Part shown: positions 51,950 to 62,586 of the stretch, in pieces
Layout of the letters: each line of letters begins with the position of its first letter
Position numbering within the stretch: position 1 is the stretch's first letter
Source of the DNA: Syntrophales bacterium
Lineage (GTDB): Bacteria > Desulfobacterota > Syntrophia > Syntrophales > UBA2210
Reading direction: 5' to 3'
Assembly (NCBI GenBank): GCA_963666365.2
Contig: CAXXNF010000002.1
Location: forward strand, 2,144,001 to 2,208,000
Length of the DNA stretch: 64,000 bases
The notes under the pieces: generated by a model
Database searches by the model: none
What the model was told of the DNA's origin: nothing
The model's input: the letters and a program-made list of their open reading frames with translations, nothing else
Translations under genes and position numbers: made by a program

Positions 51950-52765
51950 ATGACATTACAGGAACTGCGGGCGGTTCCACATCTTTCAGCGTCGTCCATC
52001 GGCGATTACCTGGACTGCGGTCTGCTTTACAAGCTGGGGAGGGTCGACAAACTGCCCCCGGAAGGAAAGGCTGACGCACTGGAATTCGGCACGGTGATCC
52101 ACCTGGTGCTGGGCGAATACTATCAGCAGAAACTGGCGGGCATCGATCTGACCATACAGGAGATGCACCAATCTTTTGAAGAACACTGGACCAGGGTTGC
52201 ACACCATCGGGACGACATACTCTATGCCGAGGGCAAATCCTTTGAACCCCTGCTGCTGGAAGGAAAGGAACTCCTTACGACATATTATCACAAGAAACCG
52301 GAAGACCGGTTCACCGTGGTCGCCATAGAGGAACCCTTCAGCATCACCATTGAAGGGTGCGGCGTCCCCATTATCGGCGCCATGGATCTGCTCGAAGAAG
52401 ACGAATCGGGAACCCTTATCATCACCGATTTCAAGACCTCCGGCAGATCATATTCACGGGACGAGATTGACCGGAACTTTCAGATGACCCTCTATCAGAT
52501 CGCCGCCAGGGAACTGGGGTACGGGAATCGTGAGATCCTCCTGCGTTTCGACTGCCTTATCAAGACCAGGACACCCAAATTCGAGCAGTACTACACCACG
52601 AGAAGCGAGAGTGACGAAATCCGGGCAAGAAAAAAGATCATCGAGGTCTGGAAGGGCATATCGAAGGGGGTCTTCATCCCCAACGACAGTCCCTCCAACT
52701 GGAAGTGCAAGGGATGCGCGTTCAAGAAACACTGCGACGAGTGGTTCGCAAAGGAGGCGGCATGA
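51950..52765 (+). CDS. RecB/AddB/Cas4-like PD-(D/E)XK nuclease with Fe-S staple cysteines
   Basis: SASSIGDYLDC, FGTVIH, GAMD, TDFKT, QMTLY, CKGCAFKKHC. Confidence 0.85.
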   Translation: MTLQELRAVPHLSASSIGDYLDCGLLYKLGRVDKLPPEGKADALEFGTVIHLVLGEYYQQKLAGIDLTIQEMHQSFEEHWTRVAHHRDDILYAEGKSFEPLLLEGKELLTTYYHKKPEDRFTVVAIEEPFSITIEGCGVPIIGAMDLLEEDESGTLIITDFKTSGRSYSRDEIDRNFQMTLYQIAARELGYGNREILLRFDCLIKTRTPKFEQYYTTRSESDEIRARKKIIEVWKGISKGVFIPNDSPSNWKCKGCAFKKHCDEWFAKEAA

Positions 52766-52799
52766 CGAAGAAAATGGTGCACAAAGGAGGTGATGGCAC

Positions 52800-54650
52800 G
52801 TGAACGGCTTGAACAGGGAGCAGCGGCAGGCGGCGGAGTTTCTGCACGGGATTGCGGCAGTGATCGCCGTCCCGGGAAGCGGAAAGACACGAACCATGAT
52901 GGAGCGGATCGGCATGCTCGTGAAGGGGCATCAGGTAGCACCTGAAAATATCCTTGGCCTGACCTTTACCCGGAACGCGGCGGAAGAAATGAGACAGCGG
53001 CTGGTTCCCGTACTGGGGGATATGGCGTCGAGAGTCACCCTTTCGACGATTCACTCCTTCTGCCATTACCTGCTGCGGTCTGAAGGAAAGGTGTTTGAGA
53101 TCCTCTCGGGGAAGGACCAGATCGTCTTTCTTAGAACCATCATGAAGGGGATGCGATTGAAGGACATCTCGCTGGGCATGGTCCTGAACGAGATCAGCCT
53201 CGCCAAGAACAACCTCATCGACGTGAATGAATTCCGTGCCCTCTATGAGGGGGACAAAACCATGCTCAAGGTTGCCACGGTGTATGAAAAGTATGAAGCG
53301 GAAAAGGCGAAAAAATATCTCATGGACTTTGACGACCTTCTTGTCGAATCCTATCGCCTGCTCCATAATCATCCTGAAATCCGGGAGAAATACACCGGGC
53401 GGTACCTTCATTTGCTGGTAGACGAATATCAGGACACGAATCCCGTGCAGCTGGAAATATTGAAAACCCTGATCCATGGCGAGGGCACTGATTCCAGCTT
53501 CTGGGTCTGCGGTGACGACTGGCAGAGTATCTACGCCTTCACAGGGTCCTCCGTGGGAAATATCCTTCATTTTCACCGGATCTTCGAAGGATCTCAGATA
53601 TTCATTCTCAATCTCAATTATCGATCGACACCGCAGATACTCCGTGCCTGCCAGAATCTCATCAGAAACAACCGGCGGAAGATCGAGAAGACTCTTGCCA
53701 CGCATAACGAATCGGGAGATGAGGTGATCGTCCTTGAAGCATCCTCGGAAGACGGCGAGGCACTCAACCTCGTCAACGAGATCACGGAACTGGTCTTGCA
53801 TCAGGGGTATGTCCATAAGGATATCGCCATACTCTATCGCGCCAATTTTCAGTCCCGGGTGATTGAAGAGGTCTTTTCACAGCACAAAATCCCCTATCAC
53901 ATCGAAAACGGCCTCAATTTCTATACCCGCCCTGAAGTGCGCTATCTGCTTGAGTATCTCCGGGTGATCGCGAATCCCGATTCCGATGAGGCTGATGAGG
54001 CGCTTGTGAGTATTCTCAATGTCCCCAACCGGTATGTGAGCAGGAAGTTCGCAAAGGAACTGGAGACATTTTCACAGAAGAGAAAGGTGCATCTCTACAA
54101 AGGATTGAAGGAAGTGGGGATCGACCTTCCCTATGTGCGGAAAAATATCAGGGAGTTTCTTTCCTTCATGGACCCGCTGATCGACTATGCGGGAAACCTG
54201 TCGCCGGCGGAAATCATATCCCTCATCAGGACCGGCCTCGATTACGACCGGTTCATCTGTGACGAGGACATTCCCAGTCCCGACGATGTGAAGGTGCAGA
54301 ACCTCAATCAGCTGCAGGTTGCCGCTGCCAGATACGGAACCGTCCAGTCATTCCTGGAGTACACGGAAACCTTTCAGGAAGAGATCACCAACGACAGGGA
54401 AGGAGTGTCTCTCATGACCATACACAAGGCGAAGGGGTTGGAGTTTCCCGTGGTGTTCGTCATCGGCCTGGTGGAAGGAATTACGCCCACCAAACGGGGC
54501 GATATAGAGGAAGAGCGAAGAATCGTCTTTGTGGGCATATCACGGGCGATGAAACTTCTGTACCTCAGCTATTCCCACACCTTCATGGGCCAGCCCTGCC
54601 GGAAGTCGCTCTTTCTGGACGAGATCATGGACAGGATTGAGGAAGAATAG
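52800..54650 (+). CDS. UvrD/REP-family helicase
   Basis: AVPGSGKT, LVDEYQDTN, GDDWQSIY, NYRS, TIHKAKGLEF, EERR. Confidence 0.95.
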   Translation: MNGLNREQRQAAEFLHGIAAVIAVPGSGKTRTMMERIGMLVKGHQVAPENILGLTFTRNAAEEMRQRLVPVLGDMASRVTLSTIHSFCHYLLRSEGKVFEILSGKDQIVFLRTIMKGMRLKDISLGMVLNEISLAKNNLIDVNEFRALYEGDKTMLKVATVYEKYEAEKAKKYLMDFDDLLVESYRLLHNHPEIREKYTGRYLHLLVDEYQDTNPVQLEILKTLIHGEGTDSSFWVCGDDWQSIYAFTGSSVGNILHFHRIFEGSQIFILNLNYRSTPQILRACQNLIRNNRRKIEKTLATHNESGDEVIVLEASSEDGEALNLVNEITELVLHQGYVHKDIAILYRANFQSRVIEEVFSQHKIPYHIENGLNFYTRPEVRYLLEYLRVIANPDSDEADEALVSILNVPNRYVSRKFAKELETFSQKRKVHLYKGLKEVGIDLPYVRKNIREFLSFMDPLIDYAGNLSPAEIISLIRTGLDYDRFICDEDIPSPDDVKVQNLNQLQVAAARYGTVQSFLEYTETFQEEITNDREGVSLMTIHKAKGLEFPVVFVIGLVEGITPTKRGDIEEERRIVFVGISRAMKLLYLSYSHTFMGQPCRKSLFLDEIMDRIEEE

Positions 54651-54783
54651 CAACGCAGGAGGGTTCCCGGTTTCCCGGCGGTGAGTTCTTGCAATTACCA
54701 CACTCATGGATGGGGAAAAAGGGAACACCTTCCCTGGACCGCATTGAGAAGGTCTGGGAGGGCCCTGTCAAAGGAGCATAGAC

Positions 54784-55245
54784 ATGCACACAGCGTTATA
54801 TGAGAAAAAGGGACGGGTGGCGCAGGTCACCATCTGGTGCAAGATATACACCAACAATTTCAGTGAGAAGATGATTCATGTCATGGCCACCGGCGATGAG
54901 ATCTATGACTTTCTCATGTCCGACTGCGGATGCTGTCATGACGAAAAGGGCGCCCTTATGCCCGGCGACTGCAACCTCTGGTATCTGGGAATGAACGAGA
55001 AATTCGGGGAGATTTCATACGGGGAGAGGACCTGGAAATGGAGCTTCGGAGAATCATCCTTTGACCGCGTGGAGCTCTTCGTTATCGCCATGTATCGTGA
55101 CGGGTTCATCACCGGGACGCAGCGTGACGCCCTCATGGAAAAAATCGAGGAGGGGCGGGTGATAGGAGACATGTACCGGATCAGAGAGTATCTTCCGGCA
55201 CAACCCCGGGAACCGTCGAAGGAGACAGACACCCGTCAGGTATGA
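54784..55245 (+). CDS. Hypothetical protein
   Basis: AAGGAG RBS, 153 aa. Confidence 0.6.
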   Translation: MHTALYEKKGRVAQVTIWCKIYTNNFSEKMIHVMATGDEIYDFLMSDCGCCHDEKGALMPGDCNLWYLGMNEKFGEISYGERTWKWSFGESSFDRVELFVIAMYRDGFITGTQRDALMEKIEEGRVIGDMYRIREYLPAQPREPSKETDTRQV

Positions 55246-55276
55246 AACAGAATCAATTACGAAAGGAGAAGGACGA

Positions 55277-55990
55277 ATGTCATTTGAAATACTTCATTTC
55301 AGGGAATCGGAAGAGATTCTCAAGAAGAAGAACATGGGGAAGGAGCTCTATCTCGTCATGGAATATCTGGACGATGTGCTCTACGGGTCGCTCTATCGAA
55401 GGGAGCTGCTCCGTCAGGCGCTTGACGAGATGGACTGGCGGGATGGCGATGATCTCAACATTCTGGAAGGAAGGAGGTACAGCTACAAGGGGTTGAGAAA
55501 GCGTGTGGCCATGGACGGGAACCTGTCATCCTACGAGTACATCCAGGATGCACTGCTGCGGCTGCAGATCGGCTTTGACAAGGGGAGGATCGACATGGGC
55601 ATTGTCCTGGTGACGGCGGAACGAAGTGAAAAGAGTCATCTGGGGACTACGAAGGATCTGCTCATACAGGAAATCGACATGCTCTATCCTACCATATCGC
55701 TGCCGGTGACGGTGGTCCTCTTCGACCTGGGAAAACGAACGCTTATCGCTGACGAGGATGAGCTTGCCATTCCCGGGGAGCCGCATGTTCCTGATGAAAG
55801 AGACCATGTTACTCAGGGTACTGAAGGGAGATCTTCCGGTAAAGATGATCCCCCTGAAGAGATAGTGCCTTCTGAAATAGAAAAAGGCGGGAAGGGGAAA
55901 AATAAGAAAAAGGCTGAAAGGAAAAGACCTTCTCTTACGTCTGACATTTCTGAAGAACCTGCCTCACAGCCCATCGCTGTCAATCAGTAA
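55277..55990 (+). CDS. BglII/BstYI-like endonuclease homolog with degenerate active site
   Basis: KRVAMDGNL...LQIGFDKGRIDMGIVLV...ISLPVTVV; long charged tail. Confidence 0.5.
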   Translation: MSFEILHFRESEEILKKKNMGKELYLVMEYLDDVLYGSLYRRELLRQALDEMDWRDGDDLNILEGRRYSYKGLRKRVAMDGNLSSYEYIQDALLRLQIGFDKGRIDMGIVLVTAERSEKSHLGTTKDLLIQEIDMLYPTISLPVTVVLFDLGKRTLIADEDELAIPGEPHVPDERDHVTQGTEGRSSGKDDPPEEIVPSEIEKGGKGKNKKKAERKRPSLTSDISEEPASQPIAVNQ

Positions 55991-56026
55991 GTTCATTCAA
56001 CTGCACGTTAATTACAAGGAGGAATA

Positions 56027-56317
56027 ATGGCGTACACCCCGCAACTCAGCAAAGAGGCATCCTCGACGTTAAGACGAATAGCCTGGGCCATGCATGCTCC
56101 CATGACCAGTACGCTGGAAAGCATTATGACGGTCATGCCCCGATATATGAAACGGGAACAGGTCTGTAAAGCCTGCCGTGACAGAAGCAATTGCATGGAA
56201 TGCGCATTCAACGAGGAACGGATACTCATGAACGACAGGAAAGGAGAAGAAGCACACCATGTCACAAGTAACCACACTGGGAAAAGTAATGGAGAAAGTC
56301 GGCAGAATGTCCCTTGA
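56027..56317 (+). CDS. Small Cys-containing hypothetical protein
   Basis: AGGAGG RBS; YTPQLS...CKACRD..CMEC. Confidence 0.6.
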   Translation: MAYTPQLSKEASSTLRRIAWAMHAPMTSTLESIMTVMPRYMKREQVCKACRDRSNCMECAFNEERILMNDRKGEEAHHVTSNHTGKSNGESRQNVP

Positions 56318-57185
56318 GTGCCATGATCATTACGTGCCGGTTCGCCATATACGGTTTTACGATCTTGAAAAAGTTTCCATCGATGGGGAATCCTATCCCA
56401 TTCAGCCTGTAGCGCAGCAGTCCATCGCGCAGAGGCTGGGCATTCCCATCAGTTATCTCAGGAAATGTCCCCCGGAAGTCCAGCGGTACAACATGAATTA
56501 CTGGATCGACTATGAAAAGAACGAGGAGCTCTTTTTCAGATTCAAGCGAAATGAAGTACGGGCGCTTTTTACACCCCGCTATATTCCCACAGACAACCTC
56601 GAAATACTGGAAAGTCTGAAGGATCTGGGATACCCCTCTGATATGCCCGTGCAGGCATCAGTGGACGATACTTTTATGATGGTGAACATGCTGGAGGGGG
56701 AAAGGGGATTTTCTGTAAACGGGGACAGGATGACGCCGGGCATTTCCATCACCAATTCTGAAGTGGGTATTGCGGCGCTTTCCATCTCCGCTTTCGTGTT
56801 GAGGCTCGTCTGCACCAACGGGATGATCTCCAAAACGGAAGTCTCCGCATCGTATCGTCATATATCTGCAAAGATCATGAGCGAGTTCCCCAATGTGCTC
56901 GACAGCATCGCACAGGGGTTGGGAAAACAGCAGCATCAGTTTCGTCTCTCCCTTGCAAGTCCTGTCCCTGATCCTGAAGGAACCATCAGAAGCTTCAACC
57001 GACAGTTTGAACTTAAGCAGGAAGAAAGGGAAGCAGTGGAATGGGCAATGCCGCTTGAATATGGAGAGACCATGTTTCATGTGGTGAATACCTACACCAA
57101 GGCAGCCCAGTATGAAGAACTGAACGCTGAAGGGAGATACCATCTGCAGAGAGTGGGAGGAATGATCCTGGAGATGGTGAAGTAG
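56259..57185 (+). CDS. DUF932-like protein
   Basis: GISITNSEVG...LRLVCTNGMI. Confidence 0.75.
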   Translation: MSQVTTLGKVMEKVGRMSLECHDHYVPVRHIRFYDLEKVSIDGESYPIQPVAQQSIAQRLGIPISYLRKCPPEVQRYNMNYWIDYEKNEELFFRFKRNEVRALFTPRYIPTDNLEILESLKDLGYPSDMPVQASVDDTFMMVNMLEGERGFSVNGDRMTPGISITNSEVGIAALSISAFVLRLVCTNGMISKTEVSASYRHISAKIMSEFPNVLDSIAQGLGKQQHQFRLSLASPVPDPEGTIRSFNRQFELKQEEREAVEWAMPLEYGETMFHVVNTYTKAAQYEELNAEGRYHLQRVGGMILEMVK

Positions 57186-57222
57186 AAAAATAGGAACAGA
57201 AGGCAGAGACAAAAACCAGATA

Positions 57223-57265
57223 AGAGCCCCTTTGGAAAAACAATAAAATCCATGGGGGCTTTTTA
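57223..57265 (+). terminator. Intrinsic terminator
   Basis: AGCCCC...GGGGCT followed by a T run. Confidence 0.6.
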
Positions 57266-57476
57266 ATTTGAAGGAGTCAGATATGGATTACTCGCACAGC
57301 GAATTCTGGCAGGATTTCTTTGTATTTAGCCTTCAAGTATTTCCAGTTCTCATGAACTAAATTATAAAGTTCTTCAATCTGTTACTGATAAGGATGGAAA
57401 TGATACCACCACTTATAAACAATTAATTGGTGAAGGTGATACTCATAACACATGGCAATAAACACGGTTGACTATT

Positions 57477-60400
57477 GTCGCAATCCCTTCGAATGTCAGG
57501 TCTGTTCCGATATTTTGAAAGAACCACAGAATCACACGATCTGGCATCTGAGTCGCAATCCCTTCGAATGTCAGGTCTGTTCCGATTATTCAACTTTAGG
57601 CAAACTTAGCTACCGAGACCAATAGTCGCAATCCCTTCGAATGTCAGGTCTGTTCCGATATACTTCAAAGATCCATCAGAAGCAGCAGAGGACAGGGCCG
57701 GTCGCAATCCCTTCGAATGTCAGGTCTGTTCCGATTGTATTGCTTGATCCGGCGAACGCTTCCGTGCCTGAAGATCGTCGCAATCCCTTCGAATGTCAGG
57801 TCTGTTCCGATGAAAAAACCGAAATGGCAACCCGCAACGCTACCGGGTCGCAATCCCTTCGAATGTCAGGTCTGTTCCGATTATTGTCTTGAGAGGGGGA
57901 TTTAACAATGTGTATAGCAATGTCGCAATCCCTTCGAATGTCAGGTCTGTTCCGATACAACAAAAAGCAGACTGGTTATAAGACCTTACACAGGTCGCAA
58001 TCCCTTCGAATGTCAGGTCTGTTCCGATTCAGGCATCATATCGCCTTCGATATGTAACCCATATCGTGGTCGCAATCCCTTCGAATGTCAGGTCTGTTCC
58101 GATCTCACATACAAGACATACTGTAGCATTAACGGAAAGGGGGAAGGTCGCAATCCCTTCGAATGTCAGGTCTGTTCCGATAAGCAGAGGATAGGATAGA
58201 AGAGGCAAGGAATGCCCTGCGTCGCAATCCCTTCGAATGTCAGGTCTGTTCCGATATTGCCGGTATACCACGAAAGATTAATAGAAAGTCTGTACGTCGC
58301 AATCCCTTCGAATGTCAGGTCTGTTCCGATATTATCCGAGCAATAAACAACAACAAGAAAAAAAGTGGCCATGTCGCAATCCCTTCGAATGTCAGGTCTG
58401 TTCCGATCAGGACGGCTGCAAGCGGCAATAAATTTGCTGCCTTGCGTCGCAATCCCTTCGAATGTCAGGTCTGTTCCGATAGCCGCCTTAAAACGGTTAT
58501 TAAAAGGCATCGGGGTCGCAATCCCTTCGAATGTCAGGTCTGTTCCGATTTCAAGCAGTGGATAATGGATTCGGTTTCTGGCGAGAAGGGTGTCGCAATC
58601 CCTTCGAATGTCAGGTCTGTTCCGATAGTATCGCCTGCGCAACCATAAATTGCGAGGGTGATACAATGTCGCAATCCCTTCGAATGTCAGGTCTGTTCCG
58701 ATGAAATCGTCACAGCAATCAACAACAACAAAAAGCAGACGGGGTCGCAATCCCTTCGAATGTCAGGTCTGTTCCGATGGTAGGATGAAATACCGTGAGA
58801 GTAGTGAAATAAGGAAAATTGTCGCAATCCCTTCGAATGTCAGGTCTGTTCCGATAGATGTTGACGGTGAAACAATATGCGAGGAGTGTTTCGTCGCAAT
58901 CCCTTCGAATGTCAGGTCTGTTCCGATAGGATTGCTATGACAGATATTTCTGTACATGCGGTCTTTGTCGCAATCCCTTCGAATGTCAGGTCTGTTCCGA
59001 TTGGCCATCTTGAAGCAGATAATGTCTGAGAAATAGCCTTCTGTCGCAATCCCTTCGAATGTCAGGTCTGTTCCGATGTGCAGAGTATATATGTGAAGAG
59101 TTCTTTGGTCTTGAACCGGATGTCGCAATCCCTTCGAATGTCAGGTCTGTTCCGATCGAAAACAGGTTACAAAACACTTCACTCCGTGTACTCATGTCGC
59201 AATCCCTTCGAATGTCAGGTCTGTTCCGATATGAACATCCTGAGAACATTATAGACCTAGTGAGGGAGGGCGTCGCAATCCCTTCGAATGTCAGGTCTGT
59301 TCCGATTAAGGTAATAGGCAAAGTGGAATTCGAGGGTGTCACAGGTCGCAATCCCTTCGAATGTCAGGTCTGTTCCGATATCCATGAATAAAGCACAAGC
59401 AACCAGCCGCCTTAAAACGGTCGCAATCCCTTCGAATGTCAGGTCTGTTCCGATATTCGGATCAAAGGACGTAAGCGTGCAAACGCATCGGGTCGCAATC
59501 CCTTCGAATGTCAGGTCTGTTCCGATGGTCAACAACCAGATTCGGATCAAAGGACGTAAGCGTGCGTCGCAATCCCTTCGAATGTCAGGTCTGTTCCGAT
59601 AAGGAGTTGCCAAGTGGTTGAAATCATTACGGAATACGCGGTCGCAATCCCTTCGAATGTCAGGTCTGTTCCGATAGAAAGGGAGGAAGAGACAATGAAA
59701 AAGATGCTCGAGGTCGCAATCCCTTCGAATGTCAGGTCTGTTCCGATCGTATCGGAAGATGGAACTATCTACTTTGACAGCCCATGTCGCAATCCCTTCG
59801 AATGTCAGGTCTGTTCCGATAATATGGACTTGGATGATGGGAATTGGCATCGGGCTGGGAGTCGCAATCCCTTCGAATGTCAGGTCTGTTCCGATATGAA
59901 GTCAAGCTCGTTGACATAGCCCGATGAAGTCGCAATCCCTTCGAATGTCAGGTCTGTTCCGATTAGCCTTTTTTCAAGCAGGAGATATGACGGAACTTCA
60001 ACAGTGTCGCAATCCCTTCGAATGTCAGGTCTGTTCCGATAATTCAGTCACGGAAGAAAACCAAGAGGGTCGGGGAGAGTCGCAATCCCTTCGAATGTCA
60101 GGTCTGTTCCGATAACGAGGATTCCTGCCGCCTATTTGTAGGAAATATCAAGGCCGTCGCAATCCCTTCGAATGTCAGGTCTGTTCCGATCTCAAAGAAA
60201 GGAGAAAAATTAGAAGGCTGCGCTGGAGTCGCAATCCCTTCGAATGTCAGGTCTGTTCCGATGGAGAATGGGAAAACCGTGGATCGCCAAAGTCGATTTT
60301 TCGTCGCAATCCCTTCGAATGTCAGGTCTGTTCCGATGTGGTGCAATGAGGGGTGACAATGAATATTATGAGGACAGAGTCGCAATCCCTTCGAATGTCA

Positions 60401-61752
60401 GGTCTGTTCCGATGAGAGGACTTGGTAAGTCCGAATGAGTATTATGTCTGTTGTCGCAATCCCTTCGAATGTCAGGTCTGTTCCGATGGGAGACAGATGG
60501 GAAGGAGTTACCAAGTGACCGAAAGTCGCAATCCCTTCGAATGTCAGGTCTGTTCCGATATAATCTTTTGCAGCTAGGACACAAAAAGATGGTCTATGGT
60601 CGCAATCCCTTCGAATGTCAGGTCTGTTCCGATGTGCCAGCGAGTAAACCCAAAAAAAACATCTCTTAATCCGTCGCAATCCCTTCGAATGTCAGGTCTG
60701 TTCCGATTACATCGATCCAGAGGATGTCACGTTGGTCAGCGCGAGTCGCAATCCCTTCGAATGTCAGGTCTGTTCCGATTACGAGCACCCGGCGAAGCAT
60801 CAGGCCGGGACATACGGCGTCGCAATCCCTTCGAATGTCAGGTCTGTTCCGATGGATATGGAGGATGGGAAAGAAAGAGAGGATGCGTGGGAAGTCGCAA
60901 TCCCTTCGAATGTCAGGTCTGTTCCGATTCTTTTGACCGTTTGTAAAACGACCCTTTGTCTGAGTCGCAATCCCTTCGAATGTCAGGTCTGTTCCGATGG
61001 ACAACGATGGGGAAACGATGTGTGAGAATTGTTTCTCGGTCGCAATCCCTTCGAATGTCAGGTCTGTTCCGATATCACATTGCACTCACTCGGAAGCTTT
61101 GTTCTGTGTTCGGGGTCGCAATCCCTTCGAATGTCAGGTCTGTTCCGATGTAGGATTGCAATGATAGAGTATTAGAAAATGATACTCTAGTCGCAATCCC
61201 TTCGAATGTCAGGTCTGTTCCGATTCATTGAAAATTGCATATGGATTGTAGCCTGACGGGTGACGTCGCAATCCCTTCGAATGTCAGGTCTGTTCCGATA
61301 TCAAAAGATACGCAACGAGAAATTATAAAGAGATGAATCGGGTCGCAATCCCTTCGAATGTCAGGTCTGTTCCGATTGCCATGGCAGTGGGGAATTACAG
61401 GGTTGCTATTCCTGAGGTCGCAATCCCTTCGAATGTCAGGTCTGTTCCGATTTGGACTTGGATGATGGGAATTGGCATCGGGCTGTCGTTGTCGCAATCC
61501 CTTCGAATGTCAGGTCTGTTCCGATCTGATAGCTATGTTGTCGAATATGGCAATCCACGCAAGGCGTCGCAATCCCTTCGAATGTCAGGTCTGTTCCGAT
61601 TAGTGCGTTTCTGTAGAGGCAATTCCTACGCGACCGTTGCCAAGTCGCAATCCCTTCGAATGTCAGGTCTGTTCCGATTTTCGGTCACTCGAACGACTAA
61701 CAAACCCCATCGCTAATGTCGCAATCCCTTCGAATGTCAGGTCTGTTCCGAT
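57477..61752 (-). CRISPR. CRISPR array, 58 repeats / 57 spacers (hand count)
   Basis: 35-bp repeat, + strand GTCGCAATCCCTTCGAATGTCAGGTCTGTTCCGAT (transcribed as ATCGGAACAGACCTGACATTCGAAGGGATTGCGAC); spacers about 33-44 bp; orientation from leader and cas position. Confidence 0.99.
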
Positions 61753-61992
61753 GGCGACCCTTGTAATCCCTTTGTCCATCGGCTTTTGCACCGCTCTTTC
61801 CGCGAACCTCTTTCGTCTTTAAGGCAATAGCGCCCTGGGAACCCCTTTCTCATTCGCACAATCATAGCATATCCCTCCGTAATAATTGTATATTTTATTT
61901 TTCTGCAGACCCCATGCAGCCCTATCTACATTATTGGTTTAATATCAGATAGTTATCAAATGCTAGATTTCTTAGCGCAGAGGTTCGCGATT
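61753..61992 (-). promoter_or_regulatory. CRISPR leader
   Basis: Non-coding, partly AT-rich, between cas2 and the array; inverted CGCGAACCTC / GAGGTTCGCG pair. Confidence 0.75.
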
Positions 61993-62274
61993 TTAATATA
62001 TTGAGTATTCTCCGTCCGGATCGGTAAAGGAACCCTGGCCGATTATTTCTATGGTTTCAGCACATTTACCGCACAACGGAAAATACTTTACCCCGTCTTC
62101 TTCCGGCTCTATCACTTGTTCGATGCGTTCCCTCATCTCTTTCATCACCCATTGGGCGTCGATTGATGCTTCAAATATGGATTTCTGCACCCTCACGCCG
62201 TAGTCAGCCAGTATTTTCGCCACACGGGCCAGCCGCCGTTCATCGGCAATATCGTAAGCGATAAGCATATTCAT
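61993..62274 (-). CDS. cas2: CRISPR-associated Cas2
   Basis: LIAYDIADERRLARVAKIL..YGVRVQKSIFE. Confidence 0.95.
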   Translation of the reverse strand: MNMLIAYDIADERRLARVAKILADYGVRVQKSIFEASIDAQWVMKEMRERIEQVIEPEEDGVKYFPLCGKCAETIEIIGQGSFTDPDGEYSIY

Positions 62275-62304
62275 ATCCTGATACTCCTTTACAATCTATA
62301 CGCG

Positions 62305-62586
62305 CTATCCATCCAGCACCATATAGTCAAGCTGAGTCACCTTGATGCCCCGTCCTGAAATGATCACCTTGCCCATGCAGCGGTTGCAAATCTTGTATAT
62401 CCTTACCGAGTCGCGGGCAATGTCGAGATTATCGCGGCAATAGGCCCTGATGCGCTGAAGGGCGATATCGTCGATGTCGCACTCGAAGACGGACTTTTGC
62501 GTGTTCAGGCCGAATTCCTTCATAAATTTGTGAAGTGTTGTTAGTCGCTTCGGTTCGGTGATGTCGTAGGTTACAAGTGTAATCAT
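62305..62586 (-). CDS. cas2: CRISPR-associated Cas2 (second copy)
   Basis: LVTYDITEPKRL...FGLNTQKSVFEC...DSVRIY. Confidence 0.95.
   Translation of the reverse strand: MITLVTYDITEPKRLTTLHKFMKEFGLNTQKSVFECDIDDIALQRIRAYCRDNLDIARDSVRIYKICNRCMGKVIISGRGIKVTQLDYMVLDG

Larger units (their letters stand above)
9742..57270. mobile_element. Genomic island integrated at the 3' end of tRNA-Sec (right boundary uncertain)
   Basis: Integrase and excisionase immediately follow selC; composition shifts; primase-helicase, IS elements and a recombination module follow. No attR duplicate of the tRNA 3' end found by eye. Confidence 0.75.

Noticed and set aside
51950..52765. cas4 of the CRISPR locus
   Set aside because: Opposite strand, embedded in an MGE ssb/UvrD operon on the far side of the array.
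52722..53816. 364-aa minus-strand ORF
   Set aside because: Antisense shadow of the UvrD helicase.
57477..61752. Self-targeting spacers against the island
   Set aside because: None recognised by eye; not excluded without alignment.
57641..61822. Many ORFs with repeated IGTDLTFEGIAT / VAIPSNVRSVP peptides
   Set aside because: Translation artefacts of the CRISPR repeat.
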